A stretch of DNA of 32,000 nt. It comes from Harryflintia acetispora (lineage in GTDB: Bacteria; Bacillota; Clostridia; Oscillospirales; Ruminococcaceae). Position 1 is the first letter of the stretch. Every line of letters begins with the position of its first letter. This document shows, piece after piece, positions 14,637 to 23,559 of the stretch. The translations under genes and the position numbers were made by a program. The stretch covers positions 69,885 through 101,884 of the forward strand of contig NZ_SLUK01000009.1 in NCBI RefSeq assembly GCF_004340125.1, written 5' to 3'. The notes below the pieces were generated by a model. That model was not told the DNA's origin. It did not search any database and worked only from the letters and a program-made list of their open reading frames with translations.

Positions 14637-15803
14637 TCATCCGATGGTGACCACCTCGCCGTCCCGAAAGGCGGCATCGGAAATTTCGTTGCCGATCCCC
14701 GGGAGGTCGGGCACGGTGTATTGGCCGTCCACCGGCTGGTAGTCGAAAACGGCCAGCGCGCGCATCCTGGGGCCGATGGTGTTCACGTTGTACTCGTGGA
14801 TGACGAAGTTCGGGATGGCGCATTCCAGCTGCAGGGAGGCCGCCGTCAGCAGGGGGCTGCCGCAGACGTGGAACTGCACGCCGGCCTCGTAGATATAGGC
14901 CAGGTCGCAGATTTTCTTCGCCTCGGTGATCCCGCCGCAGGTGCCGATGTCCGGCTGCGCGATCTGCAGCGCGTCCTGACGAAAGCACTTATTGTACTGC
15001 CAGCGCGAATAGATCCGCTCGCCGCTGGCGATGGGCAACCCGGTCTCCCGGTGCACATAGCGCAGCAGCTCGGCGTGGGGCGTGGTGGGCTCTTCAAAGT
15101 AGAATATCCCGTACTCCTTGGCCATGTTGCCCATCTGCACGGCGGACTGCGCGTCGGTGTAGCAGTGGTTCTCCAGGATGATGTCCACCCCAGGGCCGAC
15201 GGCCTCGCGGGTGGCGGCGATGCGCGCGCGCAGCATCTGCATTTGGCGCGGGGCGAGCAGGCCGGTGCGCTCGGCGTCGGTGAAGCGGCCCGCATCCTCT
15301 TTGAAGTTAAAGAAATCGATCTTCACCGCGTCGAAACCCTTGTCCACCGCGGCTTTGGCTTCGCGCGCATAGTCCTCCGGCTTCCTGGCCGGCTTGCCGT
15401 CCCAGCCGTTTTGCAGCTGGCTGGCATAGGCGCGCAGGCTCTGGCGCTGCCTGCCGCCCAGCAGCTCGTGCACCGGCGCGCCGTAGGCCTTGCCCTTGAT
15501 GTCCCACAAAGCGATATCCAGGGCGCTGATCCCGCCGAAAACGACCGGTCCGCCGTTTCGTCCCCAGAAGCAGTCCCGGTAGAGCTTCTGCCAGACGGCC
15601 TCGTGCTCGAGCGGGTTCAGGCCAATCAGCCGCCGGGCGAGGTCCTGCAGCATCCCTACGGCGGCGCGCTGCGCGCCGCCGTAGGAGAGGGCCGCCTCGC
15701 CGTCGCCGTAGATCCCGCTGTCGGTATACACGCGGCAGAGCGGCGGGGTCCAGCCGAGCTCGACCGGTTTTGCGAGGAGCAGATCAATTTTTGTGATTTT
15801 CAT
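14637..15803 (-). CDS. Enolase-superfamily enzyme (mandelate racemase/muconate lactonizing family, sugar-acid dehydratase-like)
   Basis: 388 aa. MKITKIDLL..., ALDIALWDIKGKAYGAPVHELLGG and the overall pattern fit the galactonate/mannonate dehydratase-like MR/MLE family. Confidence 0.8.
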   Translation of the reverse strand: MKITKIDLLLAKPVELGWTPPLCRVYTDSGIYGDGEAALSYGGAQRAAVGMLQDLARRLIGLNPLEHEAVWQKLYRDCFWGRNGGPVVFGGISALDIALWDIKGKAYGAPVHELLGGRQRQSLRAYASQLQNGWDGKPARKPEDYAREAKAAVDKGFDAVKIDFFNFKEDAGRFTDAERTGLLAPRQMQMLRARIAATREAVGPGVDIILENHCYTDAQSAVQMGNMAKEYGIFYFEEPTTPHAELLRYVHRETGLPIASGERIYSRWQYNKCFRQDALQIAQPDIGTCGGITEAKKICDLAYIYEAGVQFHVCGSPLLTAASLQLECAIPNFVIHEYNVNTIGPRMRALAVFDYQPVDGQYTVPDLPGIGNEISDAAFRDGEVVTIG

Positions 15804-15835
15804 GGGAGCACCACCCTTTCCGTTCTTCTGTAGAA

Positions 15836-15864
15836 ATCATAATTCGCCCGCTCTCAAAACGCAA
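15836..15864 (-). promoter_or_regulatory. Candidate promoter TTGCGT-17-TATGAT for the enolase-family gene
   Basis: The reverse complement reads TTGCGT (15864-15859), a 17-nt spacer, then TATGAT (15841-15836). Confidence 0.45.
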
Positions 15865-15908
15865 TATACTATGAAATGAATGAGCGGATCATTGTTTTCA
15901 TAGCAATC

Positions 15909-15947
15909 GAAAACAAGGGGCCGCATAGCAGCGCTATGCGGCCCCTT
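15909..15947 (-). terminator. Terminator of GLUG paralog 2
   Basis: Stem AAGGGGCCGCATAG / CTATGCGGCCCCTT, followed on the minus strand by a TTTT tract. Confidence 0.75.
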
Positions 15948-15956
15948 GCGGGATGG

Positions 15957-17168
15957 TTAACCGATACTGCCGACCTGGGAGTTGCCGAAGCTGCCGCCGC
16001 TGTTGGGGGTGTAATTCCCGTAACCATAGAGATAGACGGCGTGGCTGGGGCTCGTCCAGCGGCAGTTTTGCAGGACGATGGACCCTTCCGCGTATCCGGA
16101 AATCCCTCCGGTGTAGGCGGCGGTGTTGGCTGCGGACGAGGCGCATTCGACGAAGGAGGAATCCTTGCTGTAACCGGTGATGCCCCCGGCGGTGCCGTAG
16201 GTATGCAGCTGCTTCACCGTGCCGCCGATGACCTTGCACCGCAGGGCGCTGCCGGAAAAGACATTGGATACCAGACCGCCCACTTTATACCATTCCCCGC
16301 TTGCCTGTACCGTCGGGTTGGTGACGGTGCAATCCTGGAGGACGGCGCCGCCGCTCAGCTGGGCGACGAGGGAGCCGGCATGGGCGGACGATACGGCGAC
16401 ATAGGGGGAAACTAAGGCGGCGTTTTTGACGATGCAGCCGCTTCCCGAGACACTGGCAAACATCCCCGCGGCATCACTGGAGAGGGAGGCGTCGGTGATC
16501 CGAAGGCCGCTGATGGAACAACCATTCCCGTCGAAAACGCCGCCAAAGGACGAAATGGGCGTCCATGTCCCGCCAAGCGCGATGTCCTGTACCTGCTTAA
16601 GGCTACTGGCATTGTGCTGCTCGATGTGTGCGAGCTGGGCGGGGGAGGCAATCAAAAACGGGTTGCCCGGGGAGCCGTCCCCGAAAAAGTAGCCGCCCTG
16701 CGCGCTGGAATCACACCCGCAGACATAGCCGGTGGTGTATTCCCTGGTGATCCGCCCGGCGGTATGGAAGCCGCTTTGCGCCGCGGGCACGTTGGCCGTT
16801 GCGGTGATGACAAAGGTTTCGGGCCCGGCCAGGCTAAAGTCCGCCTGCAAAAAGACGGCGGAGGTGCCGCCGCTTGTCTCGACGGAATCGAGGATGGTGC
16901 CGCTGCCCTTCCTTTGCAGGGTAAAGGTATAGGAGCCGGCATGCCCGCTCCCGGTAAAGCGCACCGTCAGCCCGCGCACCGGCAGCGCGGCGGCCACACG
17001 CGCCTGCGCTTTTGGGGAGGCCTGCACCCTCGGCAGGGTTTCCTCGTCGAGCAGCGCGGTCTCCACCTCGATGGAGGAGCCGACAGTCTCCCCGGCGGCC
17101 CCCGCCACGGACACCGTTCCCAGGACCAGGGTGAGAGAAAGAAGAATCGAACCAAGTTTTTTCCACAT
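15957..17168 (-). CDS. Secreted GLUG-repeat protein, paralog 2
   Basis: Same frame as ORF 15957-17393. ATG 17168 gives MWKKLGSILLSLTLVLGTVSVAGAAG (a signal peptide). It shares the family core ...CGC...GG(Y/F)F.GDG...ASPAQLAHI and VFDGNGCSISGL. Confidence 0.85.
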   Translation of the reverse strand: MWKKLGSILLSLTLVLGTVSVAGAAGETVGSSIEVETALLDEETLPRVQASPKAQARVAAALPVRGLTVRFTGSGHAGSYTFTLQRKGSGTILDSVETSGGTSAVFLQADFSLAGPETFVITATANVPAAQSGFHTAGRITREYTTGYVCGCDSSAQGGYFFGDGSPGNPFLIASPAQLAHIEQHNASSLKQVQDIALGGTWTPISSFGGVFDGNGCSISGLRITDASLSSDAAGMFASVSGSGCIVKNAALVSPYVAVSSAHAGSLVAQLSGGAVLQDCTVTNPTVQASGEWYKVGGLVSNVFSGSALRCKVIGGTVKQLHTYGTAGGITGYSKDSSFVECASSAANTAAYTGGISGYAEGSIVLQNCRWTSPSHAVYLYGYGNYTPNSGGSFGNSQVGSIG

Positions 17169-17173
17169 AAAAA

Positions 17174-17185
17174 TGCCCCCAATTT
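17174..17185. repeat. 12-nt direct repeat copy 1 (overlaps the RBS of GLUG paralog 2)
   Basis: TGCCCCCAATTT. On the minus strand this reads AAATTGGGGGCA, just upstream of the ATG. Confidence 0.8.
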
Positions 17186-17261
17186 GTTTGGTGGCACAAA
17201 CCATACACCCGGGCCCGCCATGACGGGCCCGGCCCACCGGCCGCTGCGCCCGGCAAGGCGC

Positions 17262-17305
17262 AAGACAACAAAGCCCATCCATCTTACCGGGTAACATGGA
17301 TGGGC
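17262..17305 (-). terminator. Intrinsic terminator inside the leader of GLUG paralog 2
   Basis: On the minus strand, stem GCCCATCCAT-(13 nt)-ATGGATGGGC is followed by TTTGTTGTCTT. It lies between the promoter (17480-17452) and the ATG at 17168. Confidence 0.6.
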
Positions 17306-17347
17306 AAAGCCTGCCGTATACTACGGCACAGCCGGCATATGCAATTT

Positions 17348-17359
17348 TGCCCCCAATTT
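17348..17359. repeat. 12-nt direct repeat copy 2
   Basis: An identical TGCCCCCAATTT lies 174 bp upstream within the leader. Confidence 0.8.
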
Positions 17360-17451
17360 TGAAGGCGGAGCCACCGATCCCCCCATCGGACACCGCCCTA
17401 TCCCCAAGCGCCGCCGGGCCTTACCCCTAAAATCCGGCAGCGTCTACCAGA

Positions 17452-17480
17452 ATTATACAGGATTCACCGCCGCATTGCAA
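17452..17480 (-). promoter_or_regulatory. Sigma-A promoter TTGCAA-17-TATAAT facing GLUG paralog 2
   Basis: The reverse complement reads TTGCAA (17480-17475), a 17-nt spacer, then TATAAT (17457-17452). It sits 17 nt after the stop codon of the kinase-like gene. Confidence 0.7.
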
Positions 17481-17496
17481 GAGGAGCCGGGCAAAA

Positions 17497-18657
17497 TCAG
17501 GGCTCGGGGGTGCGGCAGACGTCGGCGAGCAGGATGTGCACCGGCGAGAAACGGTCACAAATATAGTCGGCGCTGTTCGGCGCGCGCAGCACGCCCTCGC
17601 CCGAAAAGCCCTCCTGCTTCTGGCGCAGGGGGAGGGTGAGCACCACCTTGGTGCCGCTGCCCTCCACCGAGTCGATCATCAAGGTCCCGCCGTGGGCGGC
17701 CATCGAGAGCTTGGCCACCGTCAGCCCCAAGCCTCCGCCCGCGGCCTCGTAGCCGGTCGGATCGTGGCTGAAGAAGGGGTCGCAGATATAAGGATAGATT
17801 TCCGGCTCGATCCCGAGCCCACGGTCCGTCACGGTGATCCGAGCGCTGCCGGAAACCTCCTCGAGCGCGAGGGTGATTTCGTTGTCCGAGCGGGTATAGC
17901 GCAGCGAATTCGAGAGCACGTTGAGCAGGGCGTTTTGCAGCTTTTCCTGGTCGCACTGGCAGAGCAGCGGCCTCTCGGGCAGCGAGACGTGCAGCGGGAT
18001 TCCCAGGTCCTGCGCCAGCATTTGGACGGCATCCCCGAGCTGGCGCAGCAGCTCGCGCAGGTCGACCGTGACCGGCTCGAAGGGGTTGATGGCGCTGGTA
18101 AAGCGGGTATATTCGGTGAGATTCACGCAGTGGCGCAGAATCTTATAGCTGTTCTGGTTGATGTGCAGCAGATGCTCGCGCAGCGAGCGCTCCTTTTTGA
18201 GCTCCTCCATCCGGGACATGGCCGAGAGGGAGGCGAAGATGGAGGAGAGCGGCCCGCGCAGCTGGTTGGAGAAGGTGGACACCACCCGGTTGGCACCCAG
18301 CGGGTCGAGCGCGGTGCCCTGCGCGTTGGCCGGGCTGAGGTGGACGAGCGCAAATCGGGTTCCCCCGAATGTGCAAAACGGCACGAAGAAGAGCTCGGTG
18401 GTGCCCAGCGGCAGCCGCCCGGTGCTGACCGTCACGCTGCGGTCTGCGCAAAGCTCCTCGCCCACCCGATGGCGGTCCTCCGCCGAGAGCATGGACGAAA
18501 GCCCGTCCGGAACCTTGAAGCTGCCGTAGAGCGCGAGCGCGCGTTTGTTCGTCCAGACTATACGCAGTTCTTCGTCCACCACCGCGGTCGGTTGGCTGGA
18601 GTCGTCATACAGATCAATAACCGTCCGCGCATGCGGGCAGTCCTCCCATATTCCCAT
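17497..18657 (-). CDS. Soluble histidine-kinase-like protein (PAS-like N-terminus, DHp, HATPase_c) with a His-less H-box
   Basis: Same frame as ORF 17497-18768. ATG 18657 is preferred because the upstream codons are AT-rich promoter sequence. N-box LQNALLNVLSNSLRY, G1 DRGLGI, F PFF and G2 GGGLGLTV are all present. The H-box position reads FSNQLRGPL instead of SHELRTPL. No TM segments are seen. Confidence 0.8.
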   Translation of the reverse strand: MGIWEDCPHARTVIDLYDDSSQPTAVVDEELRIVWTNKRALALYGSFKVPDGLSSMLSAEDRHRVGEELCADRSVTVSTGRLPLGTTELFFVPFCTFGGTRFALVHLSPANAQGTALDPLGANRVVSTFSNQLRGPLSSIFASLSAMSRMEELKKERSLREHLLHINQNSYKILRHCVNLTEYTRFTSAINPFEPVTVDLRELLRQLGDAVQMLAQDLGIPLHVSLPERPLLCQCDQEKLQNALLNVLSNSLRYTRSDNEITLALEEVSGSARITVTDRGLGIEPEIYPYICDPFFSHDPTGYEAAGGGLGLTVAKLSMAAHGGTLMIDSVEGSGTKVVLTLPLRQKQEGFSGEGVLRAPNSADYICDRFSPVHILLADVCRTPEP

Positions 18658-18724
18658 ATTTTCATTTCCCCAAACAGTGTTGATTTTTGCTTTTCTCTCT
18701 ATTTGTTTATGTATTCCGGAACCC

Positions 18725-18753
18725 ATTATACATGATGTGCGCCGGGCTTGCAA
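18725..18753 (-). promoter_or_regulatory. Sigma-A promoter TTGCAA-17-TATAAT for the kinase-like gene
   Basis: The reverse complement reads TTGCAA (18753-18748), a 17-nt spacer, then TATAAT (18730-18725). Confidence 0.65.
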
Positions 18754-18836
18754 TCTTTTCGCTTGCATGCGGCCGGGACGGCGCTGCGCAGATATTACAA
18801 AATTTTAAAAAAGAGGTTAAAAGTTTGTCAATCGGC

Positions 18837-18865
18837 TTGTAGTTTTCACAAATATGGTATAGAAT
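18837..18865 (+). promoter_or_regulatory. Candidate gap promoter (TTGTAG-17-TAGAAT)
   Basis: TTGTAG at 18837-18842 and TAGAAT at 18860-18865. A GGGAGG RBS lies at 18884-18889. Confidence 0.5.
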
Positions 18866-18892
18866 AGAATCAGCTTAAAATATGGGAGGTAG

Positions 18893-19912
<1,020 letters not shown>

Positions 19913-19937
19913 GAACCATTGATACCCAAATAGAACG

Positions 19938-19969
19938 AAAAAAGCCGCGGCATTGCCGCGGCTTTTTTT
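19938..19969. terminator. Bidirectional terminator after gap
   Basis: AAAAAGCCGCGG-catt-GCCGCGGCTTTTTTT. Confidence 0.85.
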
Positions 19970-19993
19970 GTGCGCGACCGCTTAAAAAAAGAA

Positions 19994-20010
19994 GACCGAT
20001 AGTATAGGTA
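19994..20010. repeat. E3 inverted repeat, distal arm
   Basis: GACCGATAGTATAGGTA, preceded by an A-tract. Confidence 0.9.
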
Positions 20011-20084
20011 GCTATGGGCCTTCTTTGCGTTTTTCTTCCTATCTGATAGCCGGGTTTTGCCCAGCAATTGGAAATCTTCACCTA

Positions 20085-20113
20085 ATTATATCCTGTTTTT
20101 CCGGGAAATGCAA
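20085..20113 (-). promoter_or_regulatory. Sigma-A promoter inside E3 (TTGCAT-17-TATAAT), facing away from GLUG paralog 3
   Basis: The reverse complement reads TTGCAT (20113-20108), a 17-nt spacer, then TATAAT (20090-20085). Confidence 0.7.
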
Positions 20114-20163
20114 GCAAATCTACCGTTTTTTGCCTCCATCCCCCACGCCGGACGATAGGTTGA

Positions 20164-20180
20164 TACCTATACTATCGGTC
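20164..20180. repeat. E3 inverted repeat, gene-proximal arm
   Basis: TACCTATACTATCGGTC is the perfect reverse complement of the distal arm. It lies 23 nt upstream of the ATG of GLUG paralog 3. Confidence 0.9.
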
Positions 20181-20203
20181 ATTTTTGAAACGGAGGGAAT
20201 GGC

Positions 20204-21565
20204 ATGATCAAGCGGTTTGTTTGCGTAGCCCAGGCGGCCGCGCTGCTGGCCTTGACGGGGGTGCCGGCGCTCGCGCAGGGGGAGACGCTGGGCCTTTCGC
20301 TGCGCAGCGCGACCAGCACACGCGCCGGCTCGGACGGAAGCCTGCCGCAGCGCGGCTTCGAAATCACCTTCACCGGCTCCGCCCGCGCCAAGGATTATAC
20401 CTTTACGCTCAAGGAGAAGGACAGCGGCGCTGCGCTCGGCACTGTGGACGCTGCAAAGGGAGACAGCGGCGTCTTCCTGCCCGCCGACTATGACATCGCC
20501 GCGCCCAAAAGCTATTTGCTGGAGGTCACGGCCAACGTCGACCCCCAGCGCGCGGGATTCGAGCGGCCCCATACGGTCAGCCGGGAGTTTGAAGCCCCTT
20601 TCAGCTGCGGTTGTCCGTCCGGGACGGCGGGCGGCTTCCTCTACGGCGACGGGGAAACAGTCCCCTTCGCGGTGGCGAGCCCGCAGCAGCTGCAGCATGT
20701 GAACGCGCATCTGGACAAGAAGTTCGTGCAGATGGCGGACCTGGATCTCGGCGGCTACGCCAACTGGACGCCGCTGGGCGGAAACAGTCAGGACAGCTTC
20801 ACCGGAACCTATGATGGGAACGGCTACACCGTGAGCGGGCTCACCTGCACGGGGAGGGACCGGTCCGGCCTGTTCGGGGCCATCGAGGGGGCCACGGTGC
20901 AAAACCTCGGGGTGGTCGGCGCAAACCTGTCGACACCCCGGGGAATGGCCGGTGCGATTGCGGCGGGGTGCTACGACTCGGCGCTGCGGCGCTGCTTCGC
21001 ACTCGGCGGGCAGTTCGTTGCGACCGTCCAGACGGCTGAAAATCCCCAGTCTTCGGCGGGCGGCCTTGTGTCTCAGCCAATGAACTCGACAGTGGAGGAC
21101 TGCTATGCAGCCGGGATCACCTTGCAGGCCTGTTACGCCGGCGGGCTGGCCGGTTCCTTCTCCAGCCATGCCGGGCCGGATTACTCGACTGTGCGCCGGT
21201 GCTACGCCATCCCCTATTCGGTCAAGGCCTACGGGACCAACTACGCGGGCACCATCAACGGGAGCATGAACGATCTCTGCGTAATCGACGGAATCGGCTA
21301 CCAGAACATTACCGACCCGTCGCTGCCGGCACTCTCCTATATCCGGACGGTTAGCGGTATAACGAACAGTAACAGTTCTGCGATATCAGGCATTTACGAG
21401 GTGGCGGCGGGACAGCAGGATACTTTTAGCTTTCTCAGCCCCGGCGGCGCTGCCAGCGCCTGGGAGTGGGGGAGCGCCGACATTACGGGCCTTGGCACGG
21501 TGGCGGTGCCGGTGCTGAAGGTCTTTTCCGGGCACCCTTATACCCTATCCGGTGTGAACGCCTGA
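20204..21565 (+). CDS. Secreted GLUG-repeat protein, paralog 3
   Basis: 453 aa. GGAGGG RBS at 20192-20197. The signal peptide is MIKRFVCVAQAAALLALTGVPALAQG. The family core is DYTFTL, VTANVDPQRAGFER, CGC, ASPQQLQHV, TYDGNGYTVSGL and AGGLV/AGGLAG. Confidence 0.88.
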   Translation: MIKRFVCVAQAAALLALTGVPALAQGETLGLSLRSATSTRAGSDGSLPQRGFEITFTGSARAKDYTFTLKEKDSGAALGTVDAAKGDSGVFLPADYDIAAPKSYLLEVTANVDPQRAGFERPHTVSREFEAPFSCGCPSGTAGGFLYGDGETVPFAVASPQQLQHVNAHLDKKFVQMADLDLGGYANWTPLGGNSQDSFTGTYDGNGYTVSGLTCTGRDRSGLFGAIEGATVQNLGVVGANLSTPRGMAGAIAAGCYDSALRRCFALGGQFVATVQTAENPQSSAGGLVSQPMNSTVEDCYAAGITLQACYAGGLAGSFSSHAGPDYSTVRRCYAIPYSVKAYGTNYAGTINGSMNDLCVIDGIGYQNITDPSLPALSYIRTVSGITNSNSSAISGIYEVAAGQQDTFSFLSPGGAASAWEWGSADITGLGTVAVPVLKVFSGHPYTLSGVNA

Positions 21566-21602
21566 GGGCCGGGGGAAGCGTCCCGTCCGGAAAGCTGAAA
21601 AG

Positions 21603-21633
21603 GGGAGGCCAGCGTCAAAGACGCTGGCCTCCC
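21603..21633. terminator. Bidirectional terminator (GLUG paralog 3 / nagA)
   Basis: GGGAGGCCAGCGTC-aaa-GACGCTGGCCTCCC. Confidence 0.8.
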
Positions 21634-21649
21634 AATTGTTTCATGGTAT

Positions 21650-22771
21650 TTAGGCGAGCCGCTCGCCCGCGGTATAGACGGCCTTGATGTCATAATCCCG
21701 GTCCACCACCACCAGGTCGGCGACGGCTCCCGGGGCGATCACGCCGACCCTGTCCTGCATCCCGATCATCCGGGCGGGGGAATGGGTGGCGGCGCGGATT
21801 GCGTCCTCCTCGCGCACCCCGAAGCGGATGGCCCGGCGCATGCACTCGAACTGGTTGGTGGCGCTGCCCGCGATCGAGCCGCTGGCGATGGTGGCCAGCC
21901 CGTCCTTAACGGTGACCGCCTGGCCGCCCAGCTCGTACATGCCGTTGGGCATGCCGCAGGCCTCCATGCTGTCCGAGATCAGCGCGATCCGCCCCGGCCC
22001 GAGCACCTTAAAGGTGATCCGCACCACGGCGGGGTCCAGATGGATCCCGTCCGAGATCATCTCGGCGTCGATGTCGCTGTCAAAGACGGCGCCCACCACG
22101 CCAGGGGAGCGGTGGGTGAAGGGAGTCATGGCGTTGTAGAGGTGGGTGGCGTGGCGCGCGCCCAGCGAGACGGCGTGCATGGCGGTGTCATAGCCGGCGG
22201 CGGTGTGGGCCAAAGAGATGCGCACCTCATCCTTCAGCGCCTTGATGAATTCTTCGGCCCCGGGCAGCTCGGGCGCGATGTCGCACAGCAGGATATGGTT
22301 CCCCGAAGCCTCCTGCAGCCGCCGGAAGAGGCCGGCGTCCGGATCGATCAGGTTCGCCTCGTTTTGCGCGCCCTTCTTTTCCTTGGAGAAGAAGGGGCCC
22401 TCCATGTTGATCCCCAGCACCTTTGCGCCCTTGCGGGGGGCGGCGATGAAGGCGCGCAGCTCGTGCATGATGGAATCGAGGGTGTCCGCCGGCAGGGACA
22501 TGGTGGTCGCGAGCAGGGAGGTCACCCCGTTTTCGGCGTAGTAGCGGGCCATCTTGTAGTAATTGTCCTCGCCCCCGCGCGACCAGTCGCACCCGACGCA
22601 GCCGTGGGAATGAATGTCCAAAAGCCCCGGGATCACCCGCAGCCCGCCAAGGTCCTCGCCCGTTCCGGGGAGGGAGGGGGCGACGGACTTGATTTCGCCG
22701 TCCTCCATCAGGATGTCGGCCTTATGAAAGGTAAAATCGGTATGATATACTTCCGCGTTTTTTAACAGCAT
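21650..22771 (-). CDS. nagA: N-acetylglucosamine-6-phosphate deacetylase
   Basis: 373 aa. It carries GLLDIHSHG and further amidohydrolase metal-ligand motifs. AAAGGAGAAA RBS. Confidence 0.9.
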   Translation of the reverse strand: MLLKNAEVYHTDFTFHKADILMEDGEIKSVAPSLPGTGEDLGGLRVIPGLLDIHSHGCVGCDWSRGGEDNYYKMARYYAENGVTSLLATTMSLPADTLDSIMHELRAFIAAPRKGAKVLGINMEGPFFSKEKKGAQNEANLIDPDAGLFRRLQEASGNHILLCDIAPELPGAEEFIKALKDEVRISLAHTAAGYDTAMHAVSLGARHATHLYNAMTPFTHRSPGVVGAVFDSDIDAEMISDGIHLDPAVVRITFKVLGPGRIALISDSMEACGMPNGMYELGGQAVTVKDGLATIASGSIAGSATNQFECMRRAIRFGVREEDAIRAATHSPARMIGMQDRVGVIAPGAVADLVVVDRDYDIKAVYTAGERLA

Positions 22772-22824
22772 GAGAGTTTCTCCTTTTGCTCTTTTCCTTA
22801 GTGTACATCATGGCGGCGAAATAA

Positions 22825-23304
22825 TCAACGGTTCAGCCGCGCCACCCCATAGCACAGATAGAGCGCATAGACCAGCCAGACGAGGTAGGGCAGGTAGAGC
22901 CAGGCGCTGCGCTCGCAGATGCGGCGCATGCGGGTGACGGTGAGCACCCCCAGCGCGATCATGGCCACGATCATAAAGAAGGAGAGGGTGTACTGCCCGA
23001 GCCTAAAAAAGGCGCCCGGCCACAGGGCGCTGAGCAGAAGCCCCGAAAAATAGAGCACCAGGGTGCTGCGCCGCAGGTAGTAGTCGGTCTGCGGGGTGAT
23101 CAGCAGATGGTACAGCGCGAGGGCCATCAGCACATAGAGGATGGTCCAGACGATGGGAAAGACCGCCGCCGGCGGAGCCAGGGCGGGCAGGTTCATGGCA
23201 TGGTAGGCGCTTGACATATCGCCGCCGAGCAATGTGCCGAGCAGCGAGGCGGCGGCCGACGCGGCCAGGGAAAGCAGAAGTTCACGCAGTTTGATGACGC
23301 CCAC
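22825..23304 (-). CDS. TspO/MBR family (tryptophan-rich sensory) membrane protein
   Basis: 159 aa with five TM segments. PPAAVFPIVWTILYVLMALA and the LYLPYLVWLVYA pattern are present. GTG start with GAGGGGG upstream. Confidence 0.8.
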   Translation of the reverse strand: MGVIKLRELLLSLAASAAASLLGTLLGGDMSSAYHAMNLPALAPPAAVFPIVWTILYVLMALALYHLLITPQTDYYLRRSTLVLYFSGLLLSALWPGAFFRLGQYTLSFFMIVAMIALGVLTVTRMRRICERSAWLYLPYLVWLVYALYLCYGVARLNR

Positions 23305-23559
23305 AGGGCAGACCCCCTCAAAAATAGCTTTGCTGGTTACCTTCTAAATATATGAACCCAACGCCCCGATTATATGCGCGCGCCGGCGCGAAAGAGGAAG
23401 AAATGCAGGAAATCGGAAAAAAGGGGATGAAACGCAAAGCGGTGTATGCTATAATAGCCGCATGACGGCCATTACAGCATTTTTATGGCAGAGGCCATTT
23501 TTCGCCCGGGCCGCGGCCGGTCCGCGCGCGGGCGCGAGCTTAAGGGGAGTTTGAGTGAA

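Larger units (their letters stand above)
19994..20180. promoter_or_regulatory. IR-flanked promoter cassette E3 (putative invertible promoter), homologous to E1
   Basis: Perfect 17-nt inverted repeats bracket 153 bp with an internal promoter. The cassette shares TATAATTAGG..ATT.CCA.TTGCTGG and an AAGGCCCA block with E1. Confidence 0.6.

Noticed and set aside
23461-23503. Terminator/antiterminator-like alternative pairings (GCCAT / ATGGC / GCCAT plus TTTT) in the proBA leader.
   Set aside because: The stems are only 5 bp, which is too weak to call an attenuator. No T-box or leader-peptide features are present.
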